Source: Longimicrobiales bacterium
GTDB lineage: Bacteria > Gemmatimonadota > Gemmatimonadetes > Longimicrobiales > RSA9
NCBI GenBank assembly: GCA_035512635.1
Contig: DATKDR010000047.1
Location: forward strand, 21,518-85,517
Reading direction: 5' to 3'
DNA length: 64,000 bases
Both the position numbers and the translations under genes were made by a program. Below, in pieces: positions 19,167 to 28,789 of the stretch (the first letter of the stretch is position 1; every line of letters begins with the position of its first letter). The notes beneath the pieces are model-generated. The model worked only from the letters and a program-made list of their open reading frames with translations. It had not been told where the DNA came from and did no database searches.

Positions 19167-19197
19167 TGGCGATGTGCGAGCCCCTTGCACTTTGCGA
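19167..19197. promoter_or_regulatory. Putative enhancer (UAS) for a sigma54 activator
   Basis: TGGCGATGTGCGA and TTGCACTTTGCGA resemble TTGCAGAATGCAA at 43754; about 100-130 nt upstream of the -24 box. Confidence 0.4.
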
Positions 19198-19200
19198 CGC

Positions 19201-21096
19201 CTATTCGCCCATCTGGGCGCGGATCTGCCGCCTTCCCGCCGCCACGGCCGTCGTGGACTCCGGCTCGTCGTCACGAATGCGGGCCTCGGCGGCGTCCAGG
19301 GCCTTCAGGGCGTCGCGGAGGCGGCCGTCCATCTGGAGCGCGCGGGCGTAGACGATCCAGTCGGCGGCGCTGCTGGGGCCGGTGCTCATGGCGAGGCGCC
19401 AGGCGGCAAGGGCCTCCGTGCTCCTGCCCAGGCCGGTGAGGGCACGCGCGCGCATGCGCGCGATCCTCGGCTCGAGGCCGATCTCGGGAATCAGCTCGTC
19501 GGCGACGGCGAGGGCCCCGTCGAAGTCGCGCAGCTTGAGGCGAGCCGCCGCCAGGACCAGCCCGGCGAGCTGCGCATTCGGATCCGCCGCCCGGGCGGCC
19601 TCCGCCAGCGCCGCGGCGCGAGCCGGGTTGCCGTAATTCAGGTGGAAGTTCGCATAATCGACGGTGTAGGCGCTGTTGCGCGGCCACAGGCGGTAGCCGA
19701 GCTCCCAATGGTAGTGGCTCCTGGCGTAGTTGCCGAGTTCCACTTCCCGGACGGCCGCGCGCCACTGCGCCCGGTACGATTCCGGGTGGGTGTCCAGAAG
19801 AGAGCGCAACACGGTGTCGGTGGAGTACCAGACCGGATTGCGGGTGATCGTCCGGACCGTGAAAGCGAGGAGAACGGCCACGGCGCCCACGGCGAGGAGC
19901 CTCCTCGCGCTCGGCTTATGACGGAACCCCGCCAGTGCCGCGGCAACCAGCGAGACCGCGACGGACGGCATGTACAGCGTTCGCTCCGCGATCAGGACGC
20001 CGATCGGCAGCAACAGGTTCGACACCGGCAGGATACAGATCAGGAACCACGCGGCCGGCAGCCCCAGCCTCGGCCGCCAGGGCGTGAGCAGCGCCAGCAC
20101 CACCGTCGCCACGAGCAGGAACAGCCCCAGCGTGACCATCGGCGTGAACTCGTAGGCCGGCAGGATGACCGCCGGTGCGTAATCCGCCGCCAGCTTCATG
20201 GGCCAGAAGAGGAGCCGCGCGAACTCGGGCCAAGCCCGCAAGGCCGAATAGACGCGATCCTCCTCCTTCAGGAACGGCAGCGCGGGTCCGGCGTCGCTGC
20301 CGCCGATCGAGCCGAGCACATCCAGCCGCAGCGCGAGATAGGCGACAGCGACGGCCGAGAGCAGCGCAAGCAGTGCCGCAGGATCCACCCAGGAGCGCCG
20401 CCACAGCGGCAGGCGCCGCATGTGACGCTGCGCCAGGTCGACCGCGACGATCAACGCCGGCAGCACGATCGCGTTTTCCTTGGCCAGCATGCCCCCCAGG
20501 TAGAGCGCGGCGATGGCCAGAGTACGCGGCAGCCTCAGCCCTTCCCCCTCGCGCTCGAGGTACAGGATGCACGCGGCCACGACCGCGCCCGCGCCGATCA
20601 TTTCCGCCTGCCCGACGACATTGGCTACCGCCTCCACGTGCACGGGGTGCACGGCGAAGACGGCCGCGCCGAAGGCGGAGGCTGGCGCATCGAACGCGAG
20701 GGCGCGCAGCAGCCTGAACACGCCGTACGTGACGGCCACGTGCATGAGGACGTTCACGAAATGGAACAGGAAAGCCTGCCCCTCGCCGAGCGCCCATTGG
20801 ATGGCGTACGCGAAGATCGTGAGCGGCCGGTAGAGGCCGAACATGTCGCCATGCGCGTAGGGCCAGTACGGCGTCAGCCAGATGGCACCCAGATCGAAGA
20901 ACTGGTGAACGCGCGTATTGAGCTGGATGATGACGGTATCGTCGAACGCGAACCCGTTGTACAGGGAATTCGCGTAGGTGACGAACGCGAGGACCAGCGG
21001 CAGGATGACGACGATGCGATCATCGTTCAGTCGAGCGCGCCAGGGCAGGTCCGCCGTCAGGCGGCTGCCAAGCCATTCCGGGAGAAGCCGCCTCAC
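19201..21096 (-). CDS. TMTC-like GT-C protein O-glycosyltransferase with C-terminal TPRs
   Basis: YANSLYNGFAFDD, YRPLT, FAVHPVHVEAV, AKE, ERTLYMPS and RNPVW motifs typical of the TMTC/DUF1736 family; polytopic, followed by TPR-like helices. Confidence 0.82.
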   Translation of the reverse strand: MRRLLPEWLGSRLTADLPWRARLNDDRIVVILPLVLAFVTYANSLYNGFAFDDTVIIQLNTRVHQFFDLGAIWLTPYWPYAHGDMFGLYRPLTIFAYAIQWALGEGQAFLFHFVNVLMHVAVTYGVFRLLRALAFDAPASAFGAAVFAVHPVHVEAVANVVGQAEMIGAGAVVAACILYLEREGEGLRLPRTLAIAALYLGGMLAKENAIVLPALIVAVDLAQRHMRRLPLWRRSWVDPAALLALLSAVAVAYLALRLDVLGSIGGSDAGPALPFLKEEDRVYSALRAWPEFARLLFWPMKLAADYAPAVILPAYEFTPMVTLGLFLLVATVVLALLTPWRPRLGLPAAWFLICILPVSNLLLPIGVLIAERTLYMPSVAVSLVAAALAGFRHKPSARRLLAVGAVAVLLAFTVRTITRNPVWYSTDTVLRSLLDTHPESYRAQWRAAVREVELGNYARSHYHWELGYRLWPRNSAYTVDYANFHLNYGNPARAAALAEAARAADPNAQLAGLVLAAARLKLRDFDGALAVADELIPEIGLEPRIARMRARALTGLGRSTEALAAWRLAMSTGPSSAADWIVYARALQMDGRLRDALKALDAAEARIRDDEPESTTAVAAGRRQIRAQMGE

Positions 21097-21097
21097 G

Positions 21098-22792
21098 TCA
21101 TGGCTCCCGGCTAGAGGCGGTGGTATCCCACGAGGCTACCGGGTAAACGTAGAGGTGGTGCGCCAGAACGAATGCTGGTGCATGCTGCCGGAATTCCACG
21201 AATGGATCGCCGGGCAGATAGCTGCCGATCCGATTGGTCGCAGAGATCACGACCCACTCGGGCGAGGCGGCGCGCGGCTCGAATGCCGGCGCGGTTCCAC
21301 TGAGCCGGAAAAAGCTGCGCAAGGCCACGTAATCTATGCCGTATCCCTCGGGCAGAGCCGAGCCGAAGTAGCTGAGGTAGATCCGGTCCACATTCCGTCG
21401 TTCCATCCATTCACGCAGCTCGAGCAGTCCCTGTCCCCAGTCGAGCGTCGAGTCGACGAAAAGGTCGCCTGCTGCGTCCCGGTCCGGCGCGTACGCGCTC
21501 GTGAAGGTCAGGAAATGGGGATAGAACGAGAGCGTCTCGAGCGCGTGCACGAGGAGCAGCAGCGCGATCCAGGGGCGCAGCCGGGGCACCCACCGCATCG
21601 CGCGCACGACTCCTACGGCGACGAGGATGCAGACGAGCGGCAGGAGCGGCATCGCGTGGCGGAAGCCGATGTTGAGGTTCGCCTTCAGCAGGAACGCGAG
21701 GAAGACGAGCGCGCCGATCACGATCGGGCGGAGCGGCGATGTGAGCCAGCGACGGAGCCGGTCGTTCGGCAGCCTGGGGGCCGCGAGCGCGCCGATCACG
21801 GCGATGGCGGCGAGCACGTGCAGCGCGACCGGCGTCTTCAGGAAGAACACGACCGGATAGAAGTACCAGAAGCCGGTCAGGCTGCCCTCGCCGAGCAGAA
21901 AGGCGGGCACGCCGTGGCCCTGGCTGGCGTGCGCGATGTTCGAGGTGATGCCCCAGCGGAAATCGGCGAGCGTGAAGTCGCCGAGGTAGACCAGGACCAG
22001 CGTCGCGTAGAGCACCACCGCTCCGACCGCGACGCCGCGGCCGACGGCGAGCCACCAGCGCCTGTCCCCGCGCCGGATCCACCCTTCCATCGCGAGGATC
22101 AGGACGACGGCCGGCGCGAGCGCGAGCGCGCTGAACTTCACGCCGAGCGCCAGGCCGACGAGCGCCGCCGCACCCGCCGTACGCGGCAGGCTGGGCCGGC
22201 GCGCGGCGGCATCGATGGCCCAGAGGGCGGCCAGGAAGGCGAGCGCGAGCGGCACGTCGTTGTACGCGATGCCGCCGTGCGCCAGCACGTCGGGCAGGAA
22301 CGCGACGAGGAACGCCGCCACCAGAGCCGCCGCGCGTCCCGCGATGCCGGCGGTGATGCGGAAGACGACGAGCACGAGCAGGCCCGCCATCGCGGCCGCC
22401 ATCAGCCTGGCGAGAAACACGACTCGCTCCGGGTCGTTGCCGGACTCGAAGAGGAACTCGGTTCCGTACGTGAAGCGGTTGTGCATGCCCCAGCGGCCCG
22501 GCGCTTCCTCCGGCGCGCGCGCACCGTCGAGGTGGACGGGCAGGCCGTACAAATACTGGGTCACCGGCGGGTGATCGAGCGTCATGTCGAAGCGGCCGAC
22601 ATCGTATCCGCGAGCGCCGGACGGGATCATGAACGTCTCGTCGAACGTGACGGACGTGTGACGCATCGAGAAGACGACGGTGAGGGCCGTGGCGAGCGCG
22701 AGCGCAACCGCGATCCAGAGGGCGCGTCGGTGAGCCGCGCGGAGTACGTCGATGCGCCCCCCGTGCGGGGCGTCCGGGCGCGCTTCGCTCAT
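21098..22792 (-). CDS. ArnT/PMT-family GT-C glycosyltransferase
   Basis: SVTFDE, DHPP, LGVKFSAL, NIGFRH and LDWGQGL; many TMs; ATG at 22792. Confidence 0.85.
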   Translation of the reverse strand: MSEARPDAPHGGRIDVLRAAHRRALWIAVALALATALTVVFSMRHTSVTFDETFMIPSGARGYDVGRFDMTLDHPPVTQYLYGLPVHLDGARAPEEAPGRWGMHNRFTYGTEFLFESGNDPERVVFLARLMAAAMAGLLVLVVFRITAGIAGRAAALVAAFLVAFLPDVLAHGGIAYNDVPLALAFLAALWAIDAAARRPSLPRTAGAAALVGLALGVKFSALALAPAVVLILAMEGWIRRGDRRWWLAVGRGVAVGAVVLYATLVLVYLGDFTLADFRWGITSNIAHASQGHGVPAFLLGEGSLTGFWYFYPVVFFLKTPVALHVLAAIAVIGALAAPRLPNDRLRRWLTSPLRPIVIGALVFLAFLLKANLNIGFRHAMPLLPLVCILVAVGVVRAMRWVPRLRPWIALLLLVHALETLSFYPHFLTFTSAYAPDRDAAGDLFVDSTLDWGQGLLELREWMERRNVDRIYLSYFGSALPEGYGIDYVALRSFFRLSGTAPAFEPRAASPEWVVISATNRIGSYLPGDPFVEFRQHAPAFVLAHHLYVYPVASWDTTASSREP

Positions 22793-23796
22793 GTACGCGC
22801 AGCGTCGGTCGAGACGGGCTCGGCCGCCGGCGGGCAGCTTTCCATGACGAGGAAGTTCGGCCTGTGCTTCACTTCGTCGTATACGCGGCCGAGATACTCG
22901 CCGATGATGCCGGTCACCAGGAGCTGGACCCCACCGAGGAAGAGGAGCGCCAGAGCGATGGTTGCGAGGCCGACGCCGCTCGGGAACGAACGCTCCACGA
23001 AGCGCCAGTAGAGCACGACCGTGAGTGCGATCAGCGAGAGCGCGGTGACGGTGAGGCCGAGGATCGAAGCGAGCCGGAGCGGCGCCTTGCTGAAGGCGAA
23101 GACGCCGTCGAAGGCGAGCGCGAAGAGCCGGAGCATCGATTGCGCGGGCTCGCCGGCGTGGCGCTCGTGGCGCGGCACCGCCACCGGCACCTGACGGAAG
23201 CCGACCCAGGCGCGGAGCCCGGGCAGGTAACGGTTCCGCTCGGGCAGGGCGTTGATCCGATCCACGACCCGCCGATCGTAGAGCGCGAACGAGCCGGCCT
23301 CCCTCGGAATCGGGATCTCGGCGAGCAGCGTCATCGTCCAGTAAAAGGCCTTGAAGAGCGCGCGCTTCAGGACACCTTCCTTCCGCTTGCTGCGCACCGC
23401 GTAGACGACGTCCGCTCCCCTGCGCCACTCCTCGACGAAGCGCGGCAGCGCGGCCGGATCGTCCTGGAGGTCCGCGTCCATCACGACGACCGCCCGCCCC
23501 GTCGCGTGCTGGAGCCCGGCGGCCAGAGCGGACTGGAGGCCGAAGTTGCGCGTCAGGCGGATGTAGCCGACGCGCGGATCGCGTCGCCTCAGGGCGGCCA
23601 GGATCTCCGCAGTTCGATCTTTGCTGCCGTCGTCGACGAACAGGAAGTTCCAGGTGACGCCGGTGTCGCTCAGAGCGGCGGCGACCGCGTCGTGGAACGG
23701 CTCGACGTTCCGCTCCTCGTTGTAGCACGGGGAAACGATGCAGAGCTCCACGTCCCCGACCGGCCGCTCCGGATCCGGCGATACCGTGTGGTTCAC
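22789..23796 (-). CDS. GtrB/ArnC-like polyprenyl-phosphate glycosyltransferase (GT2 plus 2 TM)
   Basis: PCYNEE, VDDGSKD, RNFG, MDADLQDDP, LPERNRYLPGLRAWVGF and GIIGEYLGRVYDEVKHRP; AGGAGG RBS. Confidence 0.92.
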   Translation of the reverse strand: MNHTVSPDPERPVGDVELCIVSPCYNEERNVEPFHDAVAAALSDTGVTWNFLFVDDGSKDRTAEILAALRRRDPRVGYIRLTRNFGLQSALAAGLQHATGRAVVVMDADLQDDPAALPRFVEEWRRGADVVYAVRSKRKEGVLKRALFKAFYWTMTLLAEIPIPREAGSFALYDRRVVDRINALPERNRYLPGLRAWVGFRQVPVAVPRHERHAGEPAQSMLRLFALAFDGVFAFSKAPLRLASILGLTVTALSLIALTVVLYWRFVERSFPSGVGLATIALALLFLGGVQLLVTGIIGEYLGRVYDEVKHRPNFLVMESCPPAAEPVSTDAART

Positions 23797-25715
23797 GGTG
23801 ACCTCCTGCGTTCTCGGGGTGAAGGCTGCGGGCGAAGCGTACCCAACGCCCACGTGCGCGCGGGCCGCGGAATCTCGATGGACCAGACCGCGGCGTCGGG
23901 CGTATCCGCCGTGACCGGCACGATCAGGTAGTGCGGCTCTTCCGACCGAAGCAGCTCGGGCGGATAAAACACGGACAGCACGACGAGCGCATTCGGCTGC
24001 GTGCGGGCGTAGCGGACGATCCGATCCATCGGCTCGTGCGGCAGCACGCGCCAGTCGCGGTCGGCGAACAGCGCGATGGCCGGATGCCAGCTCATCACGG
24101 TCGCGTCCGCGGGCGCCAGCGCGTCGAGCGCGTCACCGACCACCGCGTTTTCGGCGCCCACGATGTGGTGCGGCGAGCCGACGGCGAGACTCAGGTACAG
24201 TCGCCGCGCGCTGATGCCGAGCAGCAGCACGGCGAGGGTGCCGGCGACGAGACCGACCGCGACCTGGCGCCGCATCTCCGATCCCATCCGCACCTCGAGC
24301 GCGTGCGCCACGGCCAGTGTGCCGCGCGCCGCGTAGTAGGCGACGAGCGGCGCAACGAAGAGCTGCGTGCGCGGATCGGTCGCCACGACCACCGCGACGA
24401 GGACGCTGGTGCCCGCGAGCGGCAGCGCGAACAGCGCTTCCATTCGGCGCCTGCGCCCGCCGCGCGGCGCGAATACGCCGAGGATCGCGATCGGCCAGAG
24501 GAACCACGGCACGACGATGCCGAGCGCGCGCACGTAGATCGAGAGGTCGGCGAAGAAGCCCGGTTCGCGCGCGGAGCGGCGCTCGTCGGCGCCGCGGTCC
24601 GCGATTGCCGCCGCGCGTTCGTTCGATGATGCGGCGTCGCGCGCGTCGACGGTGACCACGTCGTCGGAGGCGCCAGATGCCGGCTCCGGCTCCTGACCGG
24701 ATAGGCCGTCGGGTTCCGGCTCCGCCGTCGGCGGCGCGTCGGCGTCCGGGATGCCCCAGTACGTGCTGGCCAGCGCAGTGCCGGAGGCGTCGAGCGAGTA
24801 CAGCGCCCAGATGTAGGACTCGTCGTCCTGCCAGAGCATCCGCTCGATGCCGCTCGAGGGTGCGCCTCCGCGCGGGCCGCCGTCCGCCGGCGCCGGCGCG
24901 ACCACCTGCACGCCGCGGCCGGAAATCGCCCAGCGCCCGAGCTGATCGTGGAGGTAGATCCAGTAGGGCGCGGCGACGACGACGAAGGCGAGCGAGCCGG
25001 CTACAACCAACCAGAGTCTCGCGCGCGTCGCGAGCAGCGAGCGGAGCGCGGCCGCGAGCGCGATCAGGCCGACGATCGCGAAGAGCACGATCGCTTCCGG
25101 TCGCGACAGGTAGGCGAGGCCGAATGCCGCGCCGCACGCGAGGGCGACGCCGATGCCCCCGTCCTGCCAGGCGCGCAGGAATAGCGCGATGGCGGTGAAC
25201 AGGAACAGGTGAAGCAGCGGCTCTGCGCCGACCCACAGGTCCCAGCCGATCCAGTAGGGCACGACGAACGGCGCGAGCGACGGCATCACGGCGACGAACG
25301 TCGCGCCCACCAGTGCGATCTCGCGTCCGCCCAGCCGTCGGAAGATCGACCAGCACGGCACGACGAGCAGTCCGGCCGCGAGGGCGGCCACGATGCGCCC
25401 CGCCCAGACGGCGTCGTCGATGACCCGATCGAGCGCGCCCGCGAGGATCGGGAAGAGCGGCGACAGCGCGACGTGATCGAGCCCCGACAGCGTGTAGCCG
25501 TCGCCGCTCCACAGGTTCCTCCCGAGCAGCAGATACCAGCCTTCGTCGAAGGCCACGTAGTCGCCGCGCCCGAGCATCAGCAGCAGGCGCAGCGCGATGG
25601 CCGCCAGCGTCAGGGAGAGAAGCGGATGCGCCGCGAGCGCGTCCAGGAGCGGCGTGCGTGGTCGCGGCTCGCGTGGAGGAGCATCGGCGCTCGACACGGG
25701 TGTTTGCATGGTCAC
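23793..25715 (-). CDS. ArnT/PMT-family GT-C glycosyltransferase
   Basis: AFDEGWY after TM1, SPLFP, AYLSRPEA and DPR; polytopic, with an acidic Pro/Ala-rich loop. Confidence 0.78.
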   Translation of the reverse strand: MTMQTPVSSADAPPREPRPRTPLLDALAAHPLLSLTLAAIALRLLLMLGRGDYVAFDEGWYLLLGRNLWSGDGYTLSGLDHVALSPLFPILAGALDRVIDDAVWAGRIVAALAAGLLVVPCWSIFRRLGGREIALVGATFVAVMPSLAPFVVPYWIGWDLWVGAEPLLHLFLFTAIALFLRAWQDGGIGVALACGAAFGLAYLSRPEAIVLFAIVGLIALAAALRSLLATRARLWLVVAGSLAFVVVAAPYWIYLHDQLGRWAISGRGVQVVAPAPADGGPRGGAPSSGIERMLWQDDESYIWALYSLDASGTALASTYWGIPDADAPPTAEPEPDGLSGQEPEPASGASDDVVTVDARDAASSNERAAAIADRGADERRSAREPGFFADLSIYVRALGIVVPWFLWPIAILGVFAPRGGRRRRMEALFALPLAGTSVLVAVVVATDPRTQLFVAPLVAYYAARGTLAVAHALEVRMGSEMRRQVAVGLVAGTLAVLLLGISARRLYLSLAVGSPHHIVGAENAVVGDALDALAPADATVMSWHPAIALFADRDWRVLPHEPMDRIVRYARTQPNALVVLSVFYPPELLRSEEPHYLIVPVTADTPDAAVWSIEIPRPARTWALGTLRPQPSPRERRRSP

Positions 25716-27805
25716 CAGGATGCGGCGCGATCCGCGGGGACGGGAGAAGCCGCCGGTGGCGACGCCGATGGCGCGAACGCGTCCGCACCGAACCAGCGTC
25801 GCATGTCGTTGCCGCCGACGCGTCGGCCGGTCTGGATGAAGCGTCGATCCCTCAGCGCACCCGGTACCCGCTTCCAGATGGCAATGTAAGCCGGCAGCAG
25901 CGCAGGATCACGCAGCAATGCATGGCCGAAGCGGAGAACTTCCCAGCCGAGCAGCCACGGCGCGTGCCGGAGCAGATCGGCCGGGCGGTCGTTCTTCAGG
26001 ATCATCAGCCAGTGATTCATCCAGGAATGGCGCCGAGCGAACGCGGGCGCCCCGCGGCCGCGGCGCCCGGGACCCGGCAGCGCGCGCACGTGGTGGGCGA
26101 CCGCCGCCGGCACATAGCGAACGTCCCAGCCGAACAGACGCGCGCGCCAGCACAGGTCGATGTCCTCCTTGTACGCGAAGAACGCCTCGTCCAGCCAGCG
26201 CTGCCGCGGTCCCACGTCGTCGAGCATCGCGCGCCGCAGGAACAGGCCCGCACCGCAGGCGCTGAAGACGGACGCTTCGGCATCGTATTGCGCTTCATCG
26301 GGTTCGCCCTGCCCGCGATCGAAGACCATCCGTCCGCGCGCGATGCGCTGGCCGGCGGAATCGAGCAGCCGGCACGGGGGCCGGCCGCCGGCCGCAAAGG
26401 ATTCCGCGTCCACCTGGTACAGCTTGCCCTGCGCGGCGCCTATGCCCGTGTCCGCGTCGAGACGATCCCGCAGCACGGCGAGGTGGTCGGGCTCGACGAG
26501 CAGATCGGGATTCATCAGGAACGCGTAGCGCGAAGTCGCTCGGCGGAGCCCTTCATTGGCCGCTCCGGCGTAACCGCGATTCTCGCGCAGGCGGACCAGC
26601 TCGACGTCCGACCGCTCGCGCCGGATGTAGTCGACGGATCCGTCGTCGCTCGCATTGTCGACGACGATCACGCGCATGCGCGCGCTGGATGCGAGCAGCG
26701 CGTCGAGGCAGCGCGGCAGGTATGCGGCCCCGTTCCAGTTGATCACGATGACGTCGACATCGGCGGCATCGGTGCCGTCATCGCGTGCGGGCACGACGCT
26801 CGTCGGCAGGCCGGAATGGGCAGCCGGCGTCGTCATGTCGCCGGGTTCCGGACCGTTGAATTCCGGCAGGCGCCCGCGTCGGACTTCGCCCGCGACCCAG
26901 CGGATTGCCACGCGCGCGCGTCGCCCATCGAGCTCTCGTTTGCGGCCGGCCAGTCGAAGCAGCGCGCTGCGCAGCGCGAAGTCCGCCGGAATCACGGCCG
27001 CGGCGACCGCGACCAGCCCCGGCGCGGCGTGCATTCCGAGGAAGCGTAGCCCGGCGCGGTAGAACTGGAAGATGCGGCGGTCGAGCGCCCAGTCGTGGAA
27101 CGACGCGCCCCCTTCATGACGCCAGCGCGCGCGGGTGTCGACCAGGAGCAGATGGCCGGCATACCGCGCGCGAGTCGACCAGTCCACGTCCTCGAACCAC
27201 ATGAAGTAGTCCTCGTCCAGCGGGCCGATCGCGTCGAGCGCGTCGCGCCGGAGCAGCATGGCGCCGCCCGGCAGCTGGTCCACTTGCAGGACGCCACGGG
27301 CGCGCGTGTCGTGCTCCAGCCAGCGCCGCCGCAGCGCGGGAATCCGGCGCGCGAGCGGGGCGAGCGAAGTCCAGAAGAGCAGGACCTGGGGCAGCGTCGG
27401 GAAGCGGCGATAGAGCCAGCTCTGCGGCCGTCCGTCGTCGCCGATCAGCAGGGGCGAGACGCCGGCCGCGCGCGGCTCGTCGGCTGCGGTGCGGAGCAGC
27501 CGTTCGAGTGCACCCTGCTCTACTTCGACGTCGGGATTCAGCACGAGCACGAGCGGCGCGGTGCTCGCGGCGACGCCGGCATTCACGCCCGCCGCGAATC
27601 CTCGATTGGTCTCGAGCGCGATCAGGTCGACCGATGGGTGCTCGCGCCGAACGAGCTCCGCGCTTCCGTCCGCCGAGGCGTTGTCCACGACGATCACCTC
27701 GGCCCCTGCGGGAAGCGCTGTGCGCAGTGCGCGCAGGCAGCGGTCCAGTGCGTCTCGCGTCCGATACGAGACGATGATCACGGCGAGCGGCGGCCGCGAC
27801 GTCAC
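25712..27805 (-). CDS. Tandem double-GT2 glycosyltransferase (WbbL-like domains)
   Basis: Two complete GT2 domains: VDNASADGS/NRGFAAGVN/LNPD/FEDVDW and VDNASDDGS/NRGYAGAAN/MNPD/KEDIDLC. GTG start at 27805. Confidence 0.88.
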   Translation of the reverse strand: MTSRPPLAVIIVSYRTRDALDRCLRALRTALPAGAEVIVVDNASADGSAELVRREHPSVDLIALETNRGFAAGVNAGVAASTAPLVLVLNPDVEVEQGALERLLRTAADEPRAAGVSPLLIGDDGRPQSWLYRRFPTLPQVLLFWTSLAPLARRIPALRRRWLEHDTRARGVLQVDQLPGGAMLLRRDALDAIGPLDEDYFMWFEDVDWSTRARYAGHLLLVDTRARWRHEGGASFHDWALDRRIFQFYRAGLRFLGMHAAPGLVAVAAAVIPADFALRSALLRLAGRKRELDGRRARVAIRWVAGEVRRGRLPEFNGPEPGDMTTPAAHSGLPTSVVPARDDGTDAADVDVIVINWNGAAYLPRCLDALLASSARMRVIVVDNASDDGSVDYIRRERSDVELVRLRENRGYAGAANEGLRRATSRYAFLMNPDLLVEPDHLAVLRDRLDADTGIGAAQGKLYQVDAESFAAGGRPPCRLLDSAGQRIARGRMVFDRGQGEPDEAQYDAEASVFSACGAGLFLRRAMLDDVGPRQRWLDEAFFAYKEDIDLCWRARLFGWDVRYVPAAVAHHVRALPGPGRRGRGAPAFARRHSWMNHWLMILKNDRPADLLRHAPWLLGWEVLRFGHALLRDPALLPAYIAIWKRVPGALRDRRFIQTGRRVGGNDMRRWFGADAFAPSASPPAASPVPADRAASW

Positions 27806-28788
27806 GGCGCTCTCCCGAGTTCCGGCTGCAGCAGCGGCGGATGCGCGGGGCTCCAGCGGCGCAGGGGCGGCGCGAGCATCGCGCGGTACGCCGCGCGCGA
27901 GATCCGACGCCCGCGCCAGAGCGCGCGCCGCTCCCTCAGCAGCTCCGGCAGGCTCATCACGCAGTCGACGAGTGCCAGGGCGGCGAGCCCCGGACGCAAC
28001 TCGCGAATTCCGCGGAGAAGCATCCATGCCGCGAGCGCCGGCCCGAGCAGCAGCAGACGGCCGGCCGGCGCGCAGCGGATGAAGAGCCGTGCGGAGTTTC
28101 GCAGCAGCAGTCGCAGCTTGAAATCGGCGATCCGTGACGCGGTGACGGATCCCTCGTGCAGAGTTACGGCCTCCGGGACATAGCGCGTCCGCCAGCCGCG
28201 GAGCAGGAGGCGCAGTCCGAGATCCACGTCCTCGAGGTACGCGAAATAGCCCTCGTCGAACGGGCCCACATCCTGGAGCGCGGTGCGACGGTAGAGCGCC
28301 GCCGCCGCGCACGCGGAAGGAACCCAGGCCGGAGCCTCGTACGCGGGCCCGTCGCGATCACCGTGGCCGATCGAGTACGCCAGCACGCCGAAGGTGTCGC
28401 CGGCGGAATCGATCTGCGTCGGGTCGCGCCGCTGGAGCACTCTCGACGCGGCCGCGCCCGCGTCGGGATGTGAGTCGAGCGCGCGAACCAGCGATCGCAG
28501 CCACTCGGGATGAGCTTCGGCGTCGTTGTTGAGCAGCGCCACGTAGGGGGCGTCGCTGGCGGCAATCCCCGCGTTCACGGCGGCCGCGAATCCCCGGTTC
28601 TCGGCGAACCCGACCAGCCGCGCCTCGGGATGCGAATCGTGCATCAGCGCCGCGGTCCCGTCGGTCGAGCCGTTGTCGACGACGACGACGTCGAAGTCGG
28701 TGAACGTCTGCGCGCGTAGCGAGCGAAGCGCGATCGGCAGCAGCGACGCCCCGTTCCACGAGGGGATGACGACGGAGACTCTGGCCAC
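27802..28788 (-). CDS. GT2 glycosyltransferase
   Basis: VVIPSWNG, VDNGSTDG, LLNND and YLEDVDL. Confidence 0.92.
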   Translation of the reverse strand: MARVSVVIPSWNGASLLPIALRSLRAQTFTDFDVVVVDNGSTDGTAALMHDSHPEARLVGFAENRGFAAAVNAGIAASDAPYVALLNNDAEAHPEWLRSLVRALDSHPDAGAAASRVLQRRDPTQIDSAGDTFGVLAYSIGHGDRDGPAYEAPAWVPSACAAAALYRRTALQDVGPFDEGYFAYLEDVDLGLRLLLRGWRTRYVPEAVTLHEGSVTASRIADFKLRLLLRNSARLFIRCAPAGRLLLLGPALAAWMLLRGIRELRPGLAALALVDCVMSLPELLRERRALWRGRRISRAAYRAMLAPPLRRWSPAHPPLLQPELGRAP

Positions 28789-28789
28789 T

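Noticed and set aside
21098-23728. Extended N-termini given by the ORF track for several genes (876, 866, 656, 673, 960 and 1210 aa calls)
   Set aside because: The extensions overlap neighbouring real genes or promoters; starts were moved to codons with an RBS or a stop/start overlap.
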